Part shown: positions 1 through 10,253 of the stretch, piece by piece
How positions within the stretch are numbered: position 1 is the first letter of the stretch
Layout: every line of letters starts with the position of its first letter
DNA from: Heptranchias perlo
Taxonomy: Eukaryota
Reading direction: 5' to 3'
NCBI RefSeq assembly: GCF_035084215.1
Contig: NC_090354.1
Location: forward strand, 5,270,001-5,334,000
DNA: 64,000 nt
Made by a program: the position numbers and the translations under genes
Notes under the pieces: generated by a model
What the model saw: only the letters and a program-made list of their open reading frames with translations
The model's database searches: none
Told to the model about the DNA's origin: nothing

Positions 1-464
1 CCATTGTGCAGAGAACCTAAAGAAGCAGCTTATCTTCTTACATTAACCCTTATATTGCTGGTATTCTTTTTTGTTAAAAATAAAATTCTCTTGATTTTTC
101 TGCCTTCTCCCGAAGATGTTGACCTCTTTTTGGCACTGGCTACCCACTGGTGTCTCATCAAGCGAGCATTCTTCACGGGCGAGGCTTGATTGGCAAGTTA
201 TTGGACTACAAGAGCCATCACAGCCAAGCATCGTCCTCTCTTCAGCCATGTAATCATAGAAAGTCCTTCCAGGTAGAATAGCAGAGGAATAAACCCTGGA
301 ATCATTCAAGAAACAGCTGGATGCTGTGATTGGGAGCGGGGTGAAGGGGGAAGGTGGAGAGGTGACTGTAGTTTTTTTTCTAGGCTAAATGGCCTTCCCC
401 ATCCATATTTACCTTGTGATCTTCTGATGTGTGCACACACATACACTTTCCAGCAGGGGTCACT

Positions 465-1216
465 GGAACATAGGAATAGGAGTAGGCCATTCATTCCCTC
501 GAGCCTGCTCCGCCATTCAATCAGATCATGGCTGGCCTGCACCTCAACTCCATTTACCTGTCTTGGTTCCATATCCCTTGATACCCTTACCTAAAAAATC
601 TATCATTTTCAGTCTTTAAATTTTCAATTGACCCCCAGCATCTACAGCCTTCTGGGGGGGAAGAGAGTTCCAAATTTCCACTATCCTTTGTGTGAAGAAG
701 TGCTTTCTGACATCACCCCTGAATGGCCTGGCTGTAATTTTAAGGTTATTCCCCCTTGTCTAGACTCTCCCACCAGAGGAAATAGTTTCTCTCTATCTAC
801 CCTATCAACTCCTTTAATCATCTTAAACACCTCAATTAGATCACCCCTTAATTTTCTATACTCAAGGGAATACAAGCCTAGTCTATGCAACCTGTCCTCA
901 TAATTTAATCCTTTTAGCCCCGGTATCATTCTAGTGAATCTGTGCTGCCAGGGGGGGCCAATATATCCTTCCTGAGGTGCAGTGCCCAGAACTGAATGCA
1001 GTCTCCAGATGGGGTCTAACCAGAATTTTATGCAACCGTAGCATAATTTCACCCCTTTGTATTCTAGCCCCCTTGAGATAAAGACCAACATTCAATTAGC
1101 CTTTTTAATTAGTTTTTGTACCTGTCCACCCAAATCTCTCTGCTCCTTCACAGTTTCTAGCTTCTCACAATTTAGAAGATACTCTGATCTATCTTTCTTA
1201 GGTCCAAAGTGGATGA
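465..1216 (-). mobile_element. CR1 LINE, 5'-truncated decayed 3' fragment
   Basis: ORF 681..1091 contains [26 protein letters not shown] and [10 protein letters not shown] (CR1 ORF2 C-terminus); TTCCTATGTTCC-type tail at 465. Confidence 0.9.
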
Positions 1217-1744
1217 GGATCAGATGTAGAAACCATGGTCAAATATCCCCTCCCTAACCCCAAGGGTGGAGGGGCAATAGTAGCAGCCCTACTGCTTATC
1301 TTGCATCAGCTTGATTGATCTAACCTAGGACCTTTCTAACTCAGTTGGATAACCTGGTTCAGCCATTGGACAAGCCAACGCGATAACTACCCTCTCTCAG
1401 AAGCCCTTTGTTCATTTTCCGCCCAAACTCTACGGCACAACCAACACTTATATCGCAGTAAGAAATCTGTAGCTGCTTTATTGCTAATATTAATACTAAA
1501 AGCACAAATATACTTTTTGAAAATTGCAGCACTTTTCCTTGTACTTGCCATGTTGCCCCTTTCCCCATTTAATTCTCTCTGCTTCTCAATTCTCCGATTC
1601 AATTTTAACTTTAATCTATTCTGACCCTTTATATTTCTAAATATAAAACTAGCAGATCTCCCCTGGCATTGCTCACGGTGATACAGAGGTTTTACAGGAG
1701 TGTTATACCAAGCATTACGACCAGGTCACTGATCTCCCAGCATC

Positions 1745-2080
1745 AGGGGGTGCCTCTGGGATCTGGGAGCTCCTGGAGGGGGGTCCAGAGTCTGGCAGTC
1801 CTGGGATGCGGTCTCAGGGTCTAGCAGTATTTTTGAGGTGGGTTCCCAGGGGTCTTGAAGCACTGGGAATTCCAGGAACACTGGAGAGGGAGGTTCTAGG
1901 AATACTGGGACACTGGGAGCCTCAGGGTCTGGGAGCACTGTGGGATATTCTGGGATAAAGGAGCACTGGCAATGTGGTTTAGGGATTTGTTAGCACTGAG
2001 AAGGGGTCTAGCAGCACTGGGAAAGGAAGCTTAGGGACTTTGTGGAGGGTGCAGAGATTTGCTGGGATATTTGGGGTCTG
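1745..2080. repeat. Degenerate G-rich minisatellite-like tract
   Basis: Recurring GGGTCT and (AG)CACTGGGA motifs at irregular spacing. Confidence 0.5.
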
Positions 2081-2468
2081 ACAGCCTTATTGGAGGGGGG
2101 GGGGGAGAAATGACCCTGGAGAATGGCACCCAAAGTGCCTTTAGCCTCTTTCAAACCAAAAGACCTCAATCCCCTCCCCATGGATTATTGGACATCAACC
2201 TCCTCCCACAACTCATCCACAGCCCCTCTCAAGCCCTCGGGTATCCTCATCACTATTTTCCCCATCCTCAGCCAGTTCTGATAATTATGTTCCTGCCTTA
2301 AAACATTTAAGCGAGAATGTTCCACTACTTAAAATGAATGGATGGAAAATCATGGGCTGGGGGTGTGCAACTTCACACACCTGGTGTACACTTAGAGCTC
2401 ACTATTGGTGAGTTTACCAACTTATACAGTGTTTTAAACATACGTTTCCACCAATAAACAAAACTTAC

Positions 2469-2532
2469 CTAAACACACCTCAAAAATTAATCAGTTACGC
2501 AGTTTCCAAGTTTTTATGTAAATTCTTCAAGC
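2469..2532 (-). other. Candidate small exon (unverified)
   Basis: Consensus donor TTTAG|GTAAGT at 2468; weak acceptor ...AATTTTTAG|G at 2533. Confidence 0.25.
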
Positions 2533-2627
2533 CTAAAAATTCTCAGGTGAAAAAAATCCATTCTGTATAAGCAATTTTGTTTGTTTCCTTTTCTAACCAT
2601 CCACAACGTTCCTTTTCTAACCATCCA

Positions 2628-2760
2628 ACATCGTTCACCTGAGGAAGGAGGAAGCCTCCGAAAGCTTGTGAATTTAAAATAAAATTGCTGGACTATAACT
2701 TGGTGTTGTAAAATTGTTTACAATTGTCAACCCCAGTCCATCACCGGCATCTCCACTTCA
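2628..2760 (+). mobile_element. Penelope-like element terminal-repeat fragment
   Basis: CTGAGGAAGGAGGAAGCCTCCGAAAGCTTGTG followed by AATAAA, ending CACCGGCATCTCCAC; local duplications at the junctions. Family assigned by recognition. Confidence 0.6.
2633..2673 (+). ncRNA. Putative minimal type I hammerhead ribozyme
   Basis: Stem I GTTCAC/GTGAAT, core CTGAGGA(A), stem II GGAGG-AAG-CCTCC, GAAA, palindromic AGCT in place of stem III, then H=T. Confidence 0.65.
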
Positions 2761-3338
2761 TCCACAAAGAAACCAAGATAATAGCTGTTACTATTCACAC
2801 GTGCTGCCAACATTGTTGGTCTGTGAGCAGTTCATAACAGAAAAGCACTACTGCTAATATATTTATATAAATTAATGACTTGCCTGAGGTAACGCTTTAA
2901 GAATTCAATCTCCAGTTCTTTTCAGTCTTTTTTTTTTGCGGGGGGAACAAAAGCAAATAAATCCTTACAGGGTAAGGGAACACACCCTTCTGCCCTTCTA
3001 CTCCTGTTGGTGCACAGATGGCAAACTGCACATGCTCAGAATGCACAGATGTCATTGAAAGCTCCTTCTTAACTGATGTGAGGTAAAATTATCCAGTCAA
3101 AACCAAGCTTTCGCGGCAGGCTGAGGACTTCAAGTAAAAAAATTTTAACTTCACAAAATTGTTTTGAAAAAAAGCATTTTGGGCGATTCATTTGGTTCAG
3201 CAATAAAGCACGACAATTAACGTTCATATAGCAAAATACCAATAAGGGAAAAATTGACACAAAAGTGCGACAGAAAATAAGGTTTGCAAACAAGAAGTAT
3301 GCGCCTAATACAAGATAGGATGTAAATGTTTAACCTAC

Positions 3339-3366
3339 CTTCCTTCTTCCTGCTCCCAGAGGCCAT
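3339..3366 (-). other. Candidate first coding exon segment MASGSRKKE(G), unverified
   Basis: AAAATGGCC (good Kozak context, YY1-like) followed by donor AAG|GTAGGT at 3338. Confidence 0.3.
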
Positions 3367-3550
3367 TTTGGAGGTGGGAACAAGTATTTCATTAACTAAA
3401 AATGCAGCTTTAAAGACTGGCAAGGAAAAGGCTCGATTAAAGAAGATTGATATGATCGTACTATAGAACCCGTCATAGGATTATCGTAAGGTACCATTAA
3501 AGTGGGTGCCTGCACTGGGAGTACACCGGAGTCCATTGTTTGTACGTTGT

Positions 3551-3669
3551 GTCAGGGGAAATTGTGACTCATCCCTGACTGGGGAATTTGCATGTGTTCC
3601 TTGTCTGTCTAGTAAGGATTATCCATATAATCCTGGGAATCTCATTTCTTCAGAGGAAATGAAACCACA
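3551..3669. promoter_or_regulatory. Candidate promoter/enhancer motif cluster (AP-1, octamer, ETS-IRF composite, RUNX)
   Basis: TGACTCA 3565-3571, ATTTGCAT 3586-3593, GGAAATGAAA 3655-3664 and AACCACA 3663-3669 in non-repetitive DNA. Confidence 0.35.
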
Positions 3670-4840
3670 TTCGTGTTCTTGGACAATTTAGGAAAGTGTG
3701 TTATTCAGAGAAAATATAAAGAGAGATTTATAGATGCTTAGGGCTCAATTCATCTTCTGGACTGTAATTTGTGTTTTATGATGTAAATCAGACGTTCTCG
3801 ATTGCATTATTTGTATCATACTCCCACTCATTGCTCTCCCCTCCCCCCAGGTTATCTCCCCTTCTCCTTGCCCAAAGGTGCTGACTCATGGTGTGGTCTC
3901 CAGGAACCAATAGACCTCCAGAAAATGGTCCATTCGCACCAGTGCCATCCCTCACAACATTCCCCCCCCCCAGGAAAAAACCATGAATGAAGTAGGTGGT
4001 TTTTGCTGAGGCTGCCATTGAAGATTATTGCCATAGCAACATCGAATTGGGCCCTCAATGGAACCTGCTTGAAAAAAATATTCTCCATTTATTTCGAATG
4101 TCACCTGTCAAAATGCACAAAAGTAACCCTTCAAACTAAAGAGAGAGAAAGAGAGAATGTAGTGGAGTGAGATCCTCTCCAGATTGAGAAATACCTTGTG
4201 TAACAGGTGGATGGTTATAGGTGGTTTTGTACTTGTATGATCCATGTTTCATAGGAGTCATGGAGAAATCTATGGAAGACAGAAAAAGGTATGAAATTTA
4301 ATACACCCAAAACATGCACTCAAAGCAGAAGAAAATATGGATGATGACGTCCAAAAATGACAGAATTAGTGGTGACGTTAAGGGGAGGTGGGGGCCTTTG
4401 CCCCAAATTTGCCACCCACCTCCCCTTCTACTCAGTTGAATGACTGGGAAGAGTTGGTATGGAGCAGGCTCTGGGAGGTCACGACCCAATGTCAATCCAT
4501 GCCCCAAGCTTGTTTGGCCTGATCTCTTTCTCTCCCCCCTCCCCACCCCTGCCTCGCCCCGATTAGACGTCCCTGTGTTGAGTTAGACAGACAATAACAA
4601 AACGTGGCAAGGTGTAGACTTAACACAATATTTCTGGTATGCCATCAGTAACATTACAGATGCAGGACACATAGTTTAGAACAGTCCTAATATATTGATC
4701 AAGGATTCCTCACAGCACAGCCTGTACTCAATGGGTTCCTGCAAGGCTATCTCATATCTGACCTCTAATATCTTGGACAGAAATTCCCTTTCCTGCTATC
4801 TCTGGCCTACAATTGGAGTTCTTGTTCAGACTATTGCTAA

Positions 4841-5215
4841 TGTCAGATGCAAAACTTGGAATGGATCAATATACTGCATCAGGTGTCAAGTACAAAGCAT
4901 GGAATGGATCAATATGCTATGCTAGTGTCAGATACAAAGCATGGAATGGATCACTAAACTACATTACTGTCAGATACAAAACATGGAATGGATCAATACA
5001 CTGCATCAAGTGTCAGATACAAAACATGGACTGGATCAATAAACTACATTATTGTCAGATACAAAACATGGAATGGGTCAATACACTGCATTAGTATCAG
5101 ATACAAAACATGGAATGGATCAATACCCTATGTTAGTGTCAGATACAAAACATGGAATGGGTCAATACACTACCTTAGTATCAGATACAAAACATGGAAT
5201 GGATCAATACGCTAC
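4841..5215. repeat. 42-bp tandem repeat, about 9 copies
   Basis: Unit TGTCAGATACAAAACATGGAATGGATCAATACACTGCATTAG with starts near 4841, 4884, 4926, 4968, 5011, 5053, 5095, 5137 and 5179. Confidence 0.95.
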
Positions 5216-5900
5216 AACACCAATAAAAAATTTTAAAAATTGTGCTCCTGAGGCTCATTAGTATGACCTGTTCAATCAGTTAATGGGTGTTATCATTCCT
5301 GGATTGAAAGATTGTTTATTGGAAACAATAAATCAAGGCCCCGCATTGCTGTCTTGCTGGTTGATGGAGTTGCCAAGGTCCTTTTGGTGTAGCCCTGGTG
5401 TCTTGTCCAATATGGTAACTGAGCTTGTTGGTCAGTCAAGTTCAGAATTCCAACTCTTCTCTTCCATCAGCCAACATGGTGGCATTGCAGTGTGGGACAG
5501 CTTCACCTTTACCATGAAGCTACTTGAAAATTCTCCAATAAAGTGATACTGCCCTTTCAAGACTATATTTTGGGCTATTCTCTCTATTGTCCAAGACGTG
5601 AGCCTGGTAACTGAAGTCATCACAGCCAAATCCGACCTCGAGCTTACCCATCGTCTATAGACACAGACTTCCCAACAGGAGTTTCTGGGCAGCGAGCGGG
5701 AGGGAACACTGCCTGGTCTATCCCTCATGATGCCTTTGATTGCCGAGGCCAATTATAATCAAGTATTCATTGCTCAATGGATGCAGCCAGACAGCATTCT
5801 CTTACAGACCTCACCGTGTAGCTGCATTCTGTGACAGCTTACAATACAAATCAATGTAAAACTTACAATCGTTCACCTGATTGTGTCAACAGATGTCAGG

Positions 5901-6410
5901 CAACAAAAACAACTTGCATTTATATAGCGCCTTTAAAGTAGTAAAAACTTTCCAAGGCGCTTCACAGGGGCGTTAGCAGACAAAAGTTTGATACCGAGGC
6001 ACATAAAGAGATATTAGGTGACCAAAAGCTTGGTCATAGAGGTAGGTTTAAAGGAGTGACTTAAAGGAGGAGAGAGAGGTAGAGAGGCAGAGAGGTTTAG
6101 GAAGGGAATTCCAGAGTTTAGGGCCTAGGCAGCTGAAGGCACGGCCGCCAATGGCTGAGCGATGGAAATCAGGGATGTGCAAGAGGCCAGAATTGGAGGA
6201 GTGCAGAGATCTTGGAGGGTTGTAGGACTCGAGGAGGTTACAGAGATAGGGAGGGGGCGAGGCCGTGGAGGGATTTCAACACAAGGATGAGAATTTTAAA
6301 ATTGAGGCGTTGCTGGACCAGGAGCCAATGTAGGTCAGCGAGCACAGGGGTGATGGGTGAACGGGACTTGGTGCGAGTTAGGATACGGGCAGCAGAGTTT
6401 TGGATGGATG
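5901..6410 (-). mobile_element. L2-clade LINE 3' fragment
   Basis: IQNSAARILT...SPITPVLADLHWL...NFKIL (ORF 6238..6498); tail AAATGCAAGTTGTT. Confidence 0.9.
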
Positions 6411-6936
6411 AGGTCCCCAGAAAAGTAAATTTACTGAGGGGAGACCATCTCTGTGGAAAGGGAAGGTGTGGATTGTGACTAATAGGTTGGTACATCAATC
6501 AACCCGAAGAATTATTTTTTAAAATCAAGAGCACTAGATGCTCCCTGCTTCAAACATTTCTGGACAACAACAAAACTAACTTCAAGCTGCAAGCACCTGG
6601 AAAATTAAACTTCAATAAATTTACATCTGGAGCTTTTCAATGAAGAACAAAAACCCTGATTTTTTTGGGACAGGAAGGAGCTGATGTCGGACAGAACTGT
6701 GGCAATATGCACCCTTCGCGTTTCTACCACATCATCCCAAACTTTCTCCCTCCTCTCCTGACTCGGGTTGGGATAAGGTTCCGTGGGGGTAGATCTGGTG
6801 CTGCAACTTCCCGTGGGAGGTTTGACGGTCAATGTTGGGAGGCTATTCCACCTTGAGTGCACCGTAACCGAACCCCAATCTTTCGCACACACGGGCAATT
6901 TTCAAGCAAAGATCACTAGAAAGCAATCAGAAGCAG

Positions 6937-7310
6937 AACTTGCATTTATATAGCGCCTTTCACGACCTCAGGACGTCCGAAAGCTCTTCGCAGCCCAATT
7001 AAGTACTTTTTGAAATCCAATAACTGTTGTAATGTCGGTAATGCGGCAGCCAATTAATGCACAGCAAGGTCCCACAAACAGCATCAAGATAAATCAACAG
7101 ATAATCTATTTTTTGGTGATGTTGGTTGAGGGAAATGTTTGCCAGGACATGGGGAGAACTTCAAAACAGTGCCATGGGACCTTTCACATCCACCCGAGAG
7201 GCAGGACAAGGCCTCGGTTTAACGTCCCGTCCAAAAGACAGCAGCTCTCCCAATGCAGCATTATCTCAGTACAGCACTGGAGTCTCAGCCTAAATTATGA
7301 GCTGAAGTCA
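6937..7310 (-). mobile_element. Deu-domain SINE (SacSINE1-like)
   Basis: GCAGCCAATT..GCACAGCAAGGTCCCACAAACAGC core and L2-like tail; many copies in the window. Confidence 0.75.
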
Positions 7311-7362
7311 AAAGTCAGGAGAAGAATGTGGGAGCATTCCCAACATAAAGAGCGACATCAAT

Positions 7363-7637
7363 TAGCAGTGAGGCTGGAGCTGGGCTGGGCCGGGCCAGGT
7401 GGGGAGGCAGTGAGGCTGGGCTGGGCCGGGCCGGGCCAGGTGGGGAGGCAGTGAGGCTGGGCTGGGCCTGGCCGGGCCAGGTGGGGAGGCAGTGAGGCTG
7501 GGCTGGGCCGGGCCGGGCCAGGTGGGGAGGCAGTGAGGCTGGGCTGGGCCGGGCCGGGCCAGGTGGGGAGGCAGTGAGGCTGGAGCTGGGCCGGGCCGGG
7601 CCGGGCCAGGTGGGGAGGCAGTGAGGCTAGAGCTGGG
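7363..7637. repeat. GC-rich ~41-bp minisatellite, about 6.5 copies
   Basis: Unit GCAGTGAGGCTGGGCTGGGCCGGGCCGGGCCAGGTGGGGAG. Confidence 0.95.
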
Positions 7638-8141
7638 AAAGGTGGTTATTTATTGTGATTTAGTCACGGAGACAACCCATCAGAAATGCCACTACAGACT
7701 TATTTCTGTGTCCCAGTTGGTCCCTGGTTACATGGTTGCGAGATCTAACTGGTTTAAGGGACCGGTGAAGGACAGTGTTTTGTGGGATCTGACTGAAGGG
7801 CCAGTACAACTATACCATTCAACACAAAGCTTTTAATATCACAGAGTGATGTACTGGACTACGGTGACCTTGAAATCGCTGTTTACAATGGAGCCACTGA
7901 CGGCAAACACTTTTACTTCACAGTGATAGATAGAAATTGTGAGAAATATGGAACCAAAAGGGTACGGGTCAGTTTCTCACTGCTGAGCTTCAAGATCAGG
8001 GATGATGGGAGTGGATAATGGAACATTGTGCTCAGACCATGAGCAGCACGCAGCCTTGGGTTAGGCCCGTCACGTGTTAGAGTGAGGCCAGTGTTCTGTC
8101 TACCAGCACTTGTACTCCATCTCCTGAGACCAACCTCTTAC

Positions 8142-8210
8142 TGCACCTCCGACCTTCTTCATCCTGCACGCTCTTTGCCTTCGGCTTCTTTAAGATGTAC
8201 CGTAAGCTTT
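8142..8210 (-). other. Candidate 69-nt internal exon (SLRYILKKPKAKSVQDEEGRRC), unverified
   Basis: Acceptor CTCATTCGCCTTCTCCTAG and donor GCA|GTAAGA; only the phase-1 frame is open. Confidence 0.3.
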
Positions 8211-8404
8211 CTAGGAGAAGGCGAATGAGCTAAGGGGGGCCGTCTCTCTCAGAAGCAAGCTGTGTATCCAGTGTTTCTTTTAGATTCTCCTCTGCCTTTT
8301 TATGGTGGGAGGCTAATGCACAACTATCATGGAAATAACTCCACACCGCCATGCCTCTATATTCTGCCTCATCTCTCCTTTCGTTTTCTTTGTTTCTCCT
8401 GTAC

Positions 8405-8600
8405 ACATGGAGTAGTTGAGGTGAATAGCATAGATGCACTTAAGGGGAAGCTTGATAAGTACATGAGGGAGAAAGGAATGGAAGGTTAGGTTGATGGGGT
8501 GAGATGAAGTAGGGAGGGAGGAGGCTCGTGTGGAGCATAAACACCGGCACGGACCTGTTGGGCTGAATGCCTGTTTCTGTGCTGTAGACTCTTAAATAAC
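8405..8600 (+). mobile_element. CR1 LINE 3' end
   Basis: VVEVNSIDALKGKLDKYM plus a 3' UTR matching copies at 16824 and 31128. Confidence 0.85.
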
Positions 8601-8629
8601 TTTATAAACAAAATGCAGAGGAGCAAATT

Positions 8630-9075
8630 AGGGTTACGGTGGTGTAGTGGTTATGTTACCGGACTAGTAATTAGGAGAATTTGAGTTCAAATCCTATTGT
8701 GGTAGTTTGAGAAGTTAAACAGCATGAAGCTGTTGGATTGTTGTAAAAACCCAACTGGTTCACTAATGTCCTTTAGGGAAGGAAAGCTGCTGTTCTTACC
8801 TGCTCTGAGCCTATATGTGACTCCAGACCCCACACCAACATGGTTGACTCTTAAATAAAAGCAGAAAATGCTGGAAACGCTCAGGCAATTATTTTTGCTG
8901 TTTCTTTTAGTGTTTGACACTTAACTGCCCTCTGAAGGGGCTGAGCAAGAAACTCAGTTGCATCAAAAAACCGTTACCAGCGGTTCAAGAAGGCGGCCCA
9001 CCACCATTTTCGCAGGGCAACTAGGGATGGGCAATAAATGCCGGCCTTGCCAGCGTTGCCCACATCCCGAGAATG
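8630..9075 (+). mobile_element. tRNA-derived SINE with CR1-like tail
   Basis: A-box-like GGTGTAGTGG and B-box GAGTTCAAATCC; tail shared with the LINE at 59235-59851. Confidence 0.8.
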
Positions 9076-9159
9076 CTGCTTCCAGGACAGGGAAAGACCT
9101 TTTAAAAAAAAGAAAGCACAAAGCTCATTGCCTCCAAGAGTTAAACCCCACACAACCAG

Positions 9160-9470
9160 TGGCCTAAGTGGCTCAGTGGGTAAGTGATACCATGGCTCGC
9201 AGAGCAGGAAGATTCCAGAGATGACATTCGATCTGTGCTAAATCAGCTGATCTCAGCAGGGGGTGGCAATAAGGTGTACCTGTTGGCCTCAGTTCCCTTG
9301 GGGTGGGTGAGGGAGACTGCCAGGCTTCCAGCTCCTCTTATCCGGTATTCCTATTGGACAGTGCACATGTCGATATCATGTGAAGACAGAATTGTGATGA
9401 CCTACATGAGTGAATAGCCCGGTGACAATTGGCGCATGGGCCTCACACATCAAGTATGGACACTCGGGCA
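9160..9470 (+). mobile_element. Ancient diverged SINE-like repeat
   Basis: GTGGCTCAGTGGGTAA head and TTGGCCTCAGT motif; related copies near 11370, 24700, 28450, 48220, 50560, 57230, 59110 and 62950. Confidence 0.55.
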
Positions 9471-9530
9471 GTCAGGGTCAGGCTGCCTCTACACTGTGGA
9501 GCTGCGTCTCCACTCAAGCCGGAAACTCAC

Positions 9531-9623
9531 TGAGGTGGCGGCTCATGAAAGGGTCGGGTTTCACGGAGCAGGCAACCTGACAATCACTGAAATCCTCCGA
9601 CCAGATGAAGTCATGTCTCCTGC
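9531..9623 (-). other. Candidate 93-nt internal exon (RRHDFIWSEDFSDCQVACSVKPDPFMSRHL), unverified
   Basis: Donor TCA|GTGAGT at 9530, weak acceptor, single open frame, phase-compatible with 8142-8210. Confidence 0.25.
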
Positions 9624-9660
9624 CTTATGTCCAATCACAACAAAAAAAGTGTTTTTACAT

Positions 9661-10253
9661 TTCATAGAATCATAGAGCACAGATGGAGGCCCATCGTGCC
9701 TGTGCTGGCTCTTTGAAAGAGCTATCCAATTAGTCCCATTCTCCTGATCTTTCCCCATAGCCCTGCCATTTCTTTCTTTTCAAGTATTTATCCAATTCCC
9801 TTTTGAAAGTTGTTATTGAATCTGCTTTCACCGCCCTTTCAGGCAGCGCATTCCAGATCATAACAACTCGCTGCGTAAAAAAAAATTCTCCTCATCTCCC
9901 CTCTGGTTCTTTTGCCAATTATCTTAAATCTGTGTCCTCTGGTTCTGACCCTCCCACCAGTGGAAACAGTTTCTCCCTGTTTACTTTATCAAAATCCTCT
10001 ATAATTTTGAACACCACTTAAATTTCACCTTAACCTTCTCTGCTCTAAGGAGAACAACCCCAGCTTCTCCAGTCTCTCCGCATAACTGAAGTCCCTCATC
10101 CCTGGAACCATTCTAGTAAATCTCTTCTGCACCCTCTCCAAGGCCTTGACATCCTTCCTAAAGTGCGGTGCCCAGAATTGGACCCAATACTCCAGCTGAG
10201 GCCCAACCAGTGATTTGTAAAGGTTTAGCATAACTTCCTTGCACTTGTGCTCT
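9661..10253 (-). mobile_element. CR1 LINE 3' fragment
   Basis: LYKSLVGPQLEYWVQFWAPHFRKDVKALERVQKRFTRM (ORF 10025..10231); ATTCTATG tail. Confidence 0.92.

Noticed and set aside
4841-5215. CRISPR-like array
   Set aside because: The variable parts are only ~14 bp and homologous to each other, there are no cas genes, and the context is vertebrate.
7363-7637. Immunoglobulin switch region
   Set aside because: It is only 275 bp and no Ig V, J or C exons or RSS pairs were seen; kept only as a G4-prone VNTR.
7844-8017. Plus-strand exon-like frame SDVLDYGDLEIAVYNGATDGKHFYFTVID
   Set aside because: No recognisable homology, a weak donor and no compatible neighbouring exons.
8630-8700. Additional tRNA genes at SINE heads (also ~20530-20596 and ~28375-28439)
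   Set aside because: A and B boxes are present but there is no cloverleaf, and the sequence continues into SINE bodies.
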